Assembly (NCBI RefSeq): GCF_902713615.1
Contig: NC_052158.1
Location: 40,415,729 to 40,479,728, forward strand
Direction: 5' to 3'
Length of the DNA: 64,000 nucleotides
From: Scyliorhinus canicula
Taxonomy: Eukaryota
Below, one piece after another: positions 11,419 through 23,617 of this stretch. The notes below the pieces were generated by a model. That model ran no database searches. It was not told the origin of the DNA and was given only the letters and a program-made list of their open reading frames with translations. Every line of letters starts with the position of its first letter. The stretch's first letter is position 1. The position numbers and the translations under genes are program-made.

Positions 11419-14400
11419 GAGCCCTCCAGGGGAAAGGTGCATGAAATTGCACCAGCACCGACTAGGAGAAGGGAATGGAAACAGGATGGCAGCAGAATCC
11501 CTGATAAGCAGCCACGATGCTATGGGTGTGGGAAGCCTGGTCACTACAAGAGAGACTGCAGAAGCCCAAACAAACAGTCTGAGGAGAAGGCTCCTGCAGT
11601 AATAACCCCAACTCCACCGACAGGGGAACCAGGATTAGGGATGATTTCAATGGACGATTTGATGTCCTTCATACAAGCTAAAGCCACACAACCCGGACAG
11701 GTAGCTATGGCAACAGGCCAGAGTACACCCGAAACCGTATCCCCGAGACCCTTATGATTGCCCTCAAAACAGAGCATTTATCTGTGCCCAATAGAATATG
11801 GCCCATGCAGATTGCTTTAAGTCGGGATGGAGGTACAGGATGTAGCAGGGAGTTACTTACTGGACATAGGTCCCTCCAGCACTAGTCAACACAGACAATC
11901 CCCGAGAATCCCCAATGGGGTGTCCTATAGCCTTGTCGGCTTCACAGGAAACGGGAAGGCTGAGTTTTTCCCTGTCCCATTGTCCATCCGATTAGGAATA
12001 CTCCAAACCCAGTGGAAGTGTGTCCTGATGAGTTGGGAGCAGGCAGGAAAAGGAATATTAGGCACCGATTTTATGGTGGCTCATCAGGTCCTGGTGGGCC
12101 TGAGAAACCATTGTCTGTGGGGTACAATTAGCGAGGGGGCAGAGAGAGAGGTGATGATCATAGAAGGGGTCCCGGGAAGGGGGGCTCTGTGTGCTGTGAA
12201 ACCAAAGGAGTGTTATGACCTGGAGGCTTTGGTTAAAAACACCCCGGCAGAGTATCAGACATCTGTGCAGCAAAACCTTGCAGCACCCAGAAGCATGACT
12301 GTGGGAGAGTCACAGGCACAGAAGTCAGAATGGATGGGGATCCCCTGATCAGACCCCCAAAACAATATAACTTCCCCAGAGAAGCCCAAGTGGATCTGGA
12401 AATCGCTGTAAGCTCGCTGGTCAAACAGGGTATCCTCAGACCCATAGCCACCCTGTTAATTCACTCCTGTAGCCAGTAAGAAAGCCACACTACTCCTGGA
12501 GGGCCACAGTAGATTACAGAGTCCTCAACAAAAACATTCCTGCCTGGGCTCCAACCGTAGCCGCAGTGGCAGACTTGTTTGGGGAAATCCCAGCATCCGC
12601 ATCGGTAGTCACAGTTTTGAACATTGCAAACGGCTTCTGGTCCATCCCGGTTAGAAAAGAGGATCAGCACAAATTCACTTTTACCTTTAAAGGGCAACAA
12701 TACAGCTGGAGCTGTCTCCCTAAGGGCTTTCTCCACAGGCCAAGCATGTTCCACCAATGTATGGCAGGCTGTCTAAAGGAGTTTAGTGAACCCCAGAGGC
12801 TCACGCAATATGTGGATGATGTGTTGCTGTTCACCGATAGCGGTGAGGAGCACGGCCCCTTGGGAAATGAATTGCTGGAGTTGCTCAGGAAAAGTGATCT
12901 GAAGGTCAACCCCAAAAAGGCACAAACAAGCTTAAGGAAGGTAAAATTCTTGGGGCTGACAATTAGAGCAGAAGAGAGGGCAATTGATGAGACACAGAGG
13001 AAGGCAGTGCAGGGGTTTCCTGTCCCAACCAACGTAGTGGGAGTGAGATCCTTCTTAGGGGGCACAGGCTACTGTAGGGATTTCAGAGAGGATTATGCCA
13101 CCACAGCAGCTCCTCTGCTCAGACTCCTACATAAAGGAATTGAGTGGGAATTGGACGGGCAGTGTGAAACAGCCTTTGTCCGTGTGGTGAATTCATACTG
13201 TATTGTAATTCACGCTGTATTGCATTACATAGTATTATGTCCTTGTGGGCTCTGTATGTGAGCCATTGCGCGGGTCTGCCCATAGGGGGAGATGAGGAGC
13301 TTGTACTGGGCTCCACCCTTGGCTCCGCCCATGGCCCCTCCCACTACCGGAAGTATGAAGTGCTGCAGCCGTGAGCCTGCTCTCAGTTCTTCTGGTCGCA
13401 GGCAGGCTCAGTTGTAAGACTATTAAAACCACAGTTTACTTCCAATCGTGTCTCTAGTGAATTGATGGTCACATCAATTTAATAGTCTTAGAAAACTTGA
13501 AGAAAACTACTATGGAATCAGCCCTCAAACCTGATCGACTAGAACTCGACCCACAGGCTGCAGAGGCGAACAAAATCTTCCTACACTGGCTTTGATGTTT
13601 CAAGGCGTACCTGGCTGAATCAAGCACATCCGAGACTACAGAGGAGCAGAAACTCAGCCTACTGCACGCACGGGTGAGCCATCTTATCTCTATGCAACTC
13701 AATTGTACCACCTCATATACTGAGGCCCTGGCTATGCTCGACCGATTGTATGTGTGGCCGATTAACGAGGTCTACGCGCGGCACATTTTCATGACCCGCC
13801 GCCAGTGCCTCGCAGAGTCGCTAGAGGACTTTCTGCGCGCTTTAAAAGCTCTTGCTCGGGACTGCAATTTTCAGGCTGTAACGGCCTCCCAGAATATGGA
13901 ATTTGCTATTCGTGATGTTCACGTTGCAGGGCTCAGGCCTAACTATGTGCGCCAGCGATTACTTGAGAAAGGGGCCCAGCACTGGGACGACACGGTAGAG
14001 CTAGCAACTACTATGGAGGTCGCGACGTTCCACAGTCTGAACTCATTCCCTGCGGACCAAGCGACCCCCATCGTGGGCCCCCGACCAGCGACTGCCCCAG
14101 GCCTGCGCCGCGCGGCCACCCACCCACTATGGAGCGCCAGCGTGCCATTTTTGTGGTCAGCCCCAACACCCACGGCAGCACTGCCCGGCCCGCAACGCGA
14201 CCTGCAGCAGCTGCGGTCACAAAGGACACGATGCCCAAGTATGCCTGGCAAAATCAAAACTTTCTAATTCCCCCGCAGTCCAGAGCACTCGCCTCCCAAA
14301 CTCGCAGACCCACAGATCCCGTAATGCTGCCGTGTGTCTGCCGACTCTGCCCCCACCCGACATGTGTGACTCATGGGGGCCGCCATCTTGGCAATCCTCC

Positions 14401-17091
14401 TCCACGCGGCCGGCCACATGCGAGTCATGGGGGTTGCCATCTTGGCAATCCTCCTCCACGCGGCCAGCCACGTGCGAGTCATGGGGGTTGCCATCTTGGA
14501 CGCCATCTACTTCGCCGCCCACCACGTGCGATCCACGGGGGTGGCCATCTTGGACACCATCTTCTCCATCAACCGCCACTTGCGATCAACGGGGGCCGCC
14601 ATCTTGGCCATCAGCCGAACCTCAACTCGACGTCTACGACCTCAGCGGACAGTAATCACGGGGCCAATCCAGCACTGCTGATCGAGCCGCCGACTACCTG
14701 CAACTCAATGCAGTCACGTTGAACCAGTCGCATCCGAAGCACCTCCAGAGCTCGACGATGTCCGTTAAAATCAATGGGTGCAGGACACCGTACCTCTTCA
14801 ACACCGGCAGCACCGAGAGCTTCGTACATCCTGACCTGGTAAGACGCTGTTCGCTCCCTATCTTCCCTGCACGGCAAACTATCTCCCTCGCCTCGGGCTC
14901 GCACTCGGTCCACATACAAGGGCGCACCGTCGCGACCTTAACGATTTCAAAGGGCCACTCCCCTCGACCAATCGAAATGTGTATTTCCTTAATTTCATCG
15001 ACGAATTCTCCCATTTCCCCTTTGCCATCCCGTGCCCCGATATGACCTCCCACACAGTCATCAGAGCCCTGCACAGTACCTTCACCCTGTTCGGTTTCCC
15101 CAGCTACGTACACAGCGACAGTAGTTCATCCTTCATGAGCGACGAGCTGCGTCAGTACCTGCTCGACAAGGGCATCGCCTCGAGCAGGATTACCAGCTAT
15201 AACCCCAGGGGGAACGGGCAGGTGGAGAGGGAGAATGCGACGGTCTGGAAGACTATCCTACTGACCCTCCGGTCCAGGAATCTCCCGACCTCCCACAGGC
15301 AGGAGGTCCTCCCCGACGCGCTCCATGCTATTAGTTCCCTCCTGTGCACTGCCACTAACCAGACCCATCATGAACGACTATTTGTTTTCTCTCGGGCCAC
15401 TACCACGGGGGCTTCGCTCCCATCCTGGTTGAGGACACCGGGCCCGGTTCTCCTCCGGAAGCACGTCCGGACACACAACACAGACCCGCTAGTAGAGAAA
15501 GTGCTACTGCTTCATTCGAACCACCAATACGCTTTTATTGAATACCCCGACGGCCGTCAGGACACCGTTTCCCTCCGGGACCTGGCGCCTGCAGGATCCA
15601 CCATCACCACCACCATGGCCGAGGTACCCCTCACACTACACCCCACCCAACCCCCCACGCCCTGCGCCCCTACGCCTATAGGTTCCCTGCCCACGCTCGG
15701 CGCCCCCGCGCCTATATGTTTCCTGTGCCCCACCCGTCGCCCGTCGCACCGGTCAGGAATGAAGCTCGGACCGAAACACCCCCGGAGTCCACCCTCATAC
15801 CCACACCGATCGTCACCACCCAGCCACCCGAAGAGCCGATCCCAAAGGACGACTCGGCCACCGGACTGGCTCAACTTGTAGACCTGTCACCCCCGCCGGA
15901 CTTGATTTTTTTTTACGGGGGTGAATGTGGTGAATTCATACTGTATGTAATTCACACTGTATTGCATTACATAGTATTATGTCCTTGTGGGCTCTGTATG
16001 TGAACCGTTGCGCGGCTCTGCCCATAGGGGGAGATGATGAGCTTGTACAGGGCTCCACCCATGGATCCGCCCATGGCTCCACCCATGGCCCCTCCCACTA
16101 CTGGAAATATGAAATGCTGCAGCCGTGAGCCTGCTCTCAGTTCTTCTGGTCGCAGGCAAGCTCAGTTGTAAGACTATTAAAACCACAGTTTGCTTCCAAT
16201 CGTGTCTCTAGTGAATTGACGGTCACATCAGTCCGTTTTAAAACGAGACCGACAGAATGCACCAACCCTGGGAACGATCGAGCCCACGGGGGACTTTTTC
16301 CTGGCAGTAGTCACCAGTAGTGACAATCTGAGCGCAGTGTTGCTCCAGGAACGACATGGCCAGTGATACATTTCTCTAGGCTCCTCACAGAGGTAGAAAG
16401 GGCATATTCTAACTGTGAGCACTACTGCTAGCCACCCACTGGCAGTCAAAAGGCTACCAGTTTTCATCAGAATGTCCCCCATCACTCGTTTGACACACCA
16501 CACCCCGACCCAAATGCTGTTGTGATCAGTACGATAATCAGCAGTGCGCTGGACTCTTCTACATCCCCAAATGTCACTGAAGGTTAAAGGGCCAGGCGAG
16601 CCCATGCTCACAGCCAGTTTGATTTACTTCGGAGAGCCACATCAGTGCTCACTGGAAGGGTAATGGGACGTGGATTTTGGCCTTAGGGCAGGGTTACCAC
16701 CCCACAGGCAGGGAATTCTATGTTGATGGGTCTAACACAGTGTCCGTGGGCACCAGGCCCACGGGCTGTGGAATATGGAACCCCGAGTCAGACATAGCTT
16801 TTGACCTCAAACACCCCAACCTTAAGTGCTGAGCAGGCAGAACTTGCAGCTGGAATGTATTTAGTCACTCACCCCGAGGTTTCCCCCACCCTACACACTA
16901 TTTGCTCAGACAGCATGTTTACCTGCACCTCCTGTACAGAATACCTGCCTATCTGGTCTCGTCGAGCCTCCTCGGATGGAATGCCCCTAGCAACCAAACC
17001 CCTGTTAGAAAGGATTTCAACAGCAGGAGGAGAGGGTGGAGACAGGTACATCCATAAAGTGAAAGCTCACTCAAAAACTGAGCCTCTGTAA
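11410..17091 (+). pseudogene. pol: Decayed retroviral gag(3')-pro-RT-tether-RNase H, spuma/class III/loki-like, split by Gypsy 2
   Basis: CYGCGKPGHYKRDC knuckle; protease YLLDIGPSST...LVGFTG...GILGTDFM; RT VDYRVLNK, LNIANGFWSIP, YVDD. After the Gypsy 2 TSD the pol resumes with APTLGTIEPTGDFFLAVVTSSDNLSAVLLQERHG (tether), then a second RNase H: FYVDGS...SAEQAEL...SDS...KVKAH. Confidence 0.85.
13183..16230 (+). mobile_element. Ty3/Gypsy LTR retrotransposon 2, non-autonomous (RT/RNase H deleted)
   Basis: LTRs 13183-13476 and 15926-16230 (about 5% diverged by eye); 5-bp TSD GTCCG; PPT GGGGGTGAA; gag ATG 13512; protease FNTGS fused directly to the integrase core (IDEFSHFPF, HSDS, ERENA). Confidence 0.95.
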
Positions 17092-17406
17092 GTTGTAGCA
17101 AACTTATCAAAGGACCAAAAATGAACTGGACACGTTGGAAAAGGACATTCCATTTTAAAAGGACAGATTGCCGTAAAAAACATGTCCGCAGGCAGACAAC
17201 AGAATCTGCATTTTCAAGACAAGCAGGCCATGAATCATGAAAATGATGCTGGAAGGAAACGGCCCGACCTCATTCAAAGAGGGGCTGTTGAAATGCAAAT
17301 CACTTGTTACCTTGGCCAGACGGAACCACAATACCTCAATGGGATAACAATTAAAGTTGTCGCCAGCAACTATTGTCAAGAGAAGAGCAGAAACTGAAGA
17401 CATACA

Positions 17407-18311
17407 GGGCGCAATTCTCCGCTGCCCACGACGGGTCGGAGAATAGCGGGAGGGCCTTCCCGACATTTTTCCCGCCCTCCCACTATTCTCCCCCCCCCCC
17501 CACGGCCGCCCCCCGACATGAATCGCTGCTCGCCGTTTTTTACGGCGAACAGCGATTCTCCCCAGGCCGATGGGCCGAGTTCCCAAGCTTTTCCGGCCGT
17601 TTTCACGAACGCAAACCCACCTGCTCTTACCGTTTGTGAAAACGGCCGCAAAGTGCCGTCCCGGACAACCATGGCACTGTTTGGCACGGCCGCATCACTG
17701 CCGTGCCAAGGGTGGCATGGGCCTGCGATCGGTGTGCACCGCGGGGCGGCTGAGGGGCATGATGGGCCGCGCATGCGTGGGTTTGATATATATGTGTGAT
17801 GACGTCATTCTGCGCATGCGCGGGTTGGAGCCGTCCTACCTGCGCATGCGCGGCTGACGTCATTGTGTGCGTCAGCCACCGTGACACTTGGCGCACCACA
17901 GCCGTGCCAAGGGTGGCATGGGCCTGCGATCGGTGGGCCCCGATCGCGGGCAGCGGGTCCGATACCCGCGCACTATTTGTTCCTCTGCCGCCCCGCAGGA
18001 TCAGTCCGCGGGGCGGCTGAGGGGCATGACGGGCCGCGCATGCATGGGTTTGACACATATGCGTGATGACGTCATCCGCGCATGCGCAGGTTGGAGCCGT
18101 CCTACCCGCGCATGCGTGGCTGACATCATCGTGCGTGTCAGCCGCCGTGACGACGGTCGCTAAGCCCGCGATGCCGTGCTTCATGGGGCCGCGCTGCTAG
18201 CCCCGCCCGGGGGGGGATCGGGTCCCGGGAGGGGGCACGGAAGCTGCCGTGAAACACGGCCAGCTTCACGGCAGCCTTTACGACTCGCCGCATTTGCGGA
18301 GAATCGCGCCC
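17407..18311. mobile_element. MITE with an internal tandem duplication
   Basis: TIRs GGGCGCAATTCTCCGC...GCGGAGAATCGCGCCC, TSD ACA/ACA; same subfamily as 61241-61903. Confidence 0.85.
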
Positions 18312-18827
18312 ACAAACTTTTGTAAGGACACTGATTAAAATCAAGTTACATTATGGCACCTCTTGGTTGGGGAACTTAATCACTTCCATCCTGTCAACAA
18401 TCAGAAAGGCTTCCTTTGTCCTGGAACTCACCTGTGGGACGGGTCAGTATTTGAACAATTTAGGGTTTTTTGCCCTTAACATGGCAACTCTGAGGAACTG
18501 TTTTTAGCCTCTGCTCTCCTGCCTGACCCGCTTCAACTGACACGCTTCGACTTGCTGAAAACAGACCACGAGAACCAGAGGAGCAACAGCCGCACGGACC
18601 AGACAGCTTTTGGAAGAAGATCTGAAGAAATCTGTGGTGACATTTTTTGAACTATCCTGTTCCTGGAGTGGTGAGTATATTCCTCCAGCTCACAGAAAAC
18701 TCCCAATTAGTATAGATTGTCGAGGTTTGGGGTGGGTGAGTGAATGTATCTGTGTTTTGCGGGCGCTAAAGTAAATCTGTGTTAACAGTAAGAATTTTCA
18801 ATGTGCCGTTTAGTCTCTTGTTTTACA

Positions 18828-19172
18828 CATAGAACATAGAATAGTACAGCACAGAACAGGCCCTTCGGCCCTCGATGTTTTGCCGAGCAATGATTACCCT
18901 ACTCAAACCCACATATCCACCCTATACCCGTAACCCAACAACCCCCCCCCCTTAACCTTACTTTTAGGACACTACGGGCAATTTATCATGGCCAATCCAC
19001 CTAACCCGCACATCTTTGGACTGTGGGAGGAAACGGGAGCACCCGGAGGAAACCCACGCACACACGGGGAGGACGTGCAGACTCCGCAAAGACAGTGACC
19101 CAGCCGGGAATCGAACCTGGGACCCTGGAGCTGTGAAGTATTTATGCTAACCACCATGCTACCGTGCTGCCC
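18828..19172 (-). mobile_element. tRNA-derived HE1/V-SINE-like SINE
   Basis: GGGCAGCACGGTAGCA head, B-box GGTTCGATTCC, V-domain GGGTTTCCTCCGGGTGCTCC, CR1-like (CTATGTT)n tail. Confidence 0.9.
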
Positions 19173-19430
19173 CAAATACATTGTATTTCATAATTAGTGT
19201 TTGTGTGTGTGGATTAATCTGAGTTGCAGGAGACTTAATTTCTCTTGAATAAATCAATTATTTTAAAACTACCATTGTTGTGGTCTCACCTTCCTTTCAC
19301 TGTTTGCTCTGGTCAGGTCACAATAATTGTCAGGACATAATCCCGTAGTCGAGGACCAAAAGGAGAATCTGAGCACTTCGAACACACGCTCACTCAAGAG
19401 AGGCTACTGGTCAGGAATAAACAATGATCC

Positions 19431-19758
19431 TGATGGAACCATCAATTCTACGGACACGTGCTTGTAGGATTAGAATAGTGGTTTTAATATACTCACAACA
19501 GAGCCAGCCTGTTAGCCGTTGAACTTTCGGTGAACTGGCTGGCTGACCCTGTGGCACGGATCTTTATACAGCAGCTCCAGGGGGAGGAGTTCTGGGCGGA
19601 GCCAAGGGGGGGGGCCAGTACAACTCTCAAGTACTCCCAGAGCTACTCCCCCTGGTGATCAGGTAGTGCAACTGCACTTACAATATCGGTACATATATAT
19701 ACTGGGAACAGAGTGTCATTGGTAACTTATAATACCGTGTGAATCTCATTCACCACAG
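19431..19758 (-). mobile_element. Solo LTR of the same Gypsy clade
   Basis: TGTGGTGG...GAATTGATGGTTCCATCA ends; flanks GATCC/GGTCC (4/5 TSD); ATTAAA about 52 nt from the end. Confidence 0.8.
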
Positions 19759-19807
19759 GTCCCTCTTTCTCTCTCTCTTGTGAAGTTCCACGAGTGGGGC
19801 ACTTGAA

Positions 19808-19989
19808 AAATGAAATGAAATGAAAATCGCTTATTGTCATGAGTAGGCTTCAATGAAGTTACTCTGAAAAGCCCCTAGTCGCCACATTCCGGCGCCTGTC
19901 CGGGGACGCTGGTACGGGAATTGAACCGTGCTGCTGGCATGCTTGGTCTGCTTTCAAAGCCAGCGATTTAGCCCAGTGAGCTAAACCAG
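19808..19989 (-). mobile_element. Second tRNA-derived SINE family with a (CATTT)n tail
   Basis: A/B boxes on the minus strand; near-identical copy at 62980-63165; fragments near 47778-47890 and 61097-61222. Confidence 0.8.
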
Positions 19990-21263
19990 TCACTTCGGGT
20001 GACATTTCACTATCACAGGAGAGAGACTCACACAGGTGTAGGTGGCAGTCAAGGTAACTGGTGTGGGATAAGGACAACCTCACTGGTTAGGGTATAAACA
20101 CTGAGACTTGTTCCCTCTCTCTTGCGAAGCTGTCCCTCTGTAAAGAACAAAGAAAAGTACAAGAACAAAGAAAAGTGTGTGTTGGACTAGCGTAGCCTGG
20201 GCTTCTGGGTCATTGGTCATTTCTCAGTTCTCCAATAGTGGAGACCCGATCAACATACTTACCTGTGGCTACCTCGACCGGGGAGATAGGGGTGGTAGGC
20301 ATGAGCCAGGTGCAAGAGTTAACGGGGTCGAAGGACAAATTACATCTTTTCATTAAATCCACCTCGAAAATGTGTTTCCCTTCAGGCTGGAGCTTAACTA
20401 ATATGGCGGGATGGTAGCACAACAGGTTCCCTCGTCTAAGTTCTACTGGGTCGGTTTCTGCCCCCTCCTGTGACCTGTGAAGCCGCTCAACATGATGGTT
20501 TTGCGGGTGTGCCATGTGCAGTTGAGGTTGTGGGATGTGTTCAGAGTAGTGCTGGATCCCCCTGTGTCCCATAGAAACTCGATGGGGCGGCCCTCCTACC
20601 TTGCCTTTTGCTAGGGGACTCCCTACACTATCCCAGGGGGTATTACACACGCAACCCCGTGAGGCCTGGCACTGTCATCTGGGGGTATAAACTGTAGGGA
20701 ATGTTCAGGTCATTGACCAGGGTTATTGTGGCCTGTTGAGCTGGTCCTTCCAGTGGCATCATCGGGGATCCTTGTCAGGAAACCGTTGGTAAGGTTGGGG
20801 ATGTTGTCGTGGTGCCATACAGTCCCTAGGAAATTGGCCGATTTGGCTGCAGTAGTCACACTAGGGCTCGTGAAGAGGATGGGCGTCAGGGATTGGCTCA
20901 GTATTTCTGTCTTGGGGGGTGGGTGTGCTCTGGGGCTGGTTCTATACTGTTCCCATTGTCTGGGGTAAGGGAGGTAAAGGGGGTTCGCTCGGGGCTGTAG
21001 CTCCCTGATCCGGAAGTCAGCAGGGATGTATGGGGGTGGGTGTCCTGGATTTCCAGGTTTCCTGCTTCTGGTTCCCCCTCATTGCACCGTCCCGGTTTGG
21101 GATGTGAGTGGATGCGGTTCATTTTGCCTGGTTTGTTGGGCTTGGCACACTAACCTGTTTAACATCCCATTCCCAAACATGGATCATTTTACGGATGGCC
21201 CAGGCTTCATTGTGAGTATTGTTATTGGGATCATAATTTTCACATGCTTCATGGGTTATTAAG

Positions 21264-21612
21264 GGGCAGCACGGTAGCATTGTGGATAGCACAATTGCTT
21301 CACAGCTCCAGGGTCCCAGGTTCGATTCCAGCTTGGGTCACTGTCTGTGCGGAGTTTGCACATCCTCCCCGTGTGTGCGTGGGTTTCCTCCGGGTGCTCC
21401 GGTTTCCTCCTACAGTCCAAAGATGTGCAGGTTAGGTGGATTGGCCATGATAAATTGCCCTTAGTGTCCAAAATTGCCCTTAGTGTTGGGTGGGGTTACT
21501 GGGTTATGGGGATAGGGTGGAGGTGTTAACCTTGGGTAGGGTGCTCTTTCCAGGAGCCGGTGCAGACTCGATGGGCCGAATGGCCTCCTTCTGCACTGGA
21601 AATTCTATATGT
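21264..21612 (+). mobile_element. HE1/V-SINE-like SINE
   Basis: Same head, B-box and V-domain as 18828-19172. Confidence 0.9.
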
Positions 21613-23269
21613 ATGTAAGATCCATATTGATTGGTGATGTGGGTCTAATTACACTCTGTTTAATCGCCTGGATACTCCAATGAATTGGTTCCAGAGCCGG
21701 CCAGCCCACACCATCAGATGTTCCCCTTGTTTCTATTGGCAGTTATTTAAACTCTTCACTGGGTCGTCCCTGTTATACCCGCTAGCAGTCAGAACGGCCG
21801 CCTTCATTTCTGGCAGGGTTCCCTCAGCTACGTTTTGGGGCTCGGGTCGAGCAGAACAGATTGCGGGGCTTCAACAAACTAAAATTAACTTGACTCCCTC
21901 CGCTTCATCCAGGCCATTTAAAATGCCAGACTGGGTGATGCATTTGGGTTCGAACACTCCGATTGTTTTTGTGATGTTGGTGAGTTTGGTCATGATGCAG
22001 GGTGTCAGGTAGGCCACGTTAGGGTTCAGTCCATCCTGTCCGCAGGTTGTGACTGGATTCATGGGGAGGGGGACGGCATCGGGTGGTGCGATGGGTTCTG
22101 CTGCTTCAAATAGGAGTGGGGGTCCTCAGTCTGTAGGGGTGCTGGCTGTTACATAGGCACAGGCATCCATCTCTAATTCATCCCATTCGATCTCTGAGTC
22201 ACTACCCGCTGACTGTGGAGTAAAAACGTACATTACCCCCCTTTTTATAGTGAACTGCGATTACAATGTTTCTATCTCACACAGGCATTTTGTGTGGTCT
22301 ATTGTGTGGGCCGTATATTCTTTTCCTGTCTGGTGCAGGATTTTCACTGCTGCTTGAAGGTCACTACATTGCTTTTTAACTTCTTCTAATCGTTCCAGTA
22401 TGGTGTCCCTCTCATGGACTGCGTGCTGAGCATTTTGATAAGCCTTGTTGCCCTGCGATTGAAATTGGCTCAGATGGATTATGCTGCCATTTTTCCTTTC
22501 CTCTCACTGCTGGATGTGAGCATTAGCACCCTCCAGATCAGATTCCAATTTCATCATCTGAATGCTGACCTGATTTAGCTCTTTCTCTCTTCCTCAGAGC
22601 TGTTCTAAAGAGCTGACAATTGCAATCGCCTTTTTTAGGTTGGGGGCCGTTTACCCAAATCCTTATGGACATACCTCCAACAATCTTCTCCTTCGGATCC
22701 CTGATCCGACCTTGGGGTGTCGTCCCACTTTACCCATCTGGGATTTTTAAAATTCAAATATGCCCGGAGGACTTCCTCCCAATCAGTGTGGCTGGCCGTA
22801 ACATTCCTTAGCGTTTGCAATGAGGGGTATGGGAATCAATCGGGATAGGGGTCCAGTTTAAACTAAATTCCCTCCCACAGAGTATTCCAAATTCTCTCGG
22901 CTATCGAAACAAAGGACACAATTTGTAAACCTCACGTTCAAGACACCAAGTTTATGGCCCAATTTTACTGGTCAAATCATCTGTTAGTCGTTCACTCACT
23001 GAAGACTGGTCTACACGTGGGTCATTTGCCCTCTTAATTCAGGCTCAGACAGTGTTGGAGAATATTGGGTTGATAGGTCCAACTCCAGAGCATGTAGACT
23101 TCTTATCGAAGGACCGTCTTGGGTGCCAAATGAATCTGTAAAGCCTCAGATACTTTTGACCAATTTACTTACTCAAAGGTTTACCTTGGTGTCTTTAATA
23201 AAGAGGAGAATAAACCACAAACACAAATTTAAGTTCAAAAATATTTATTTAACACACAATTCATAGTTA

Positions 23270-23617
23270 TCATAGAATTTACAGTGCAGAAGGAGGCCAT
23301 TCAGCCCATCGAGTCTGCACCGGCTCTTGGAAAGAGCACCCTACCCAAGGTCAACAACTCCACCTTATCCCCATAACCCAGTAACCCCACCCAACACTAA
23401 GGGCAATTTTGGACACTAGGGGCAATTTATCATAGCCAACCCACCTAACCTGCACATCTTTGGACTGTGGGAGGAAACCGGAGCACCCGGAGGAAACCCA
23501 CGCACGCACGAGGAGGATGTGCAGGCTCCGCACAGATAGGGACCCAAGCCGGAATCGAACCTGGGACCCTGGAGCTGTGAAGCGATTGTGCTATCCACAA
23601 TGCTACCATGCTGCCCC
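23270..23617 (-). mobile_element. HE1/V-SINE-like SINE
   Basis: Near-identical reverse complement of 21264-21612. Confidence 0.9.

Noticed and set aside
17376-18344. Many overlapping 60-190 aa ORFs in MITEs (also 5141-5761, 10605-11140, 61195-61740)
   Set aside because: GC-rich, stop-poor non-coding elements with no transposase motifs.
18828-23617. tRNA genes
   Set aside because: The tRNA-like A/B boxes are SINE heads with V-domains and LINE-like tails.
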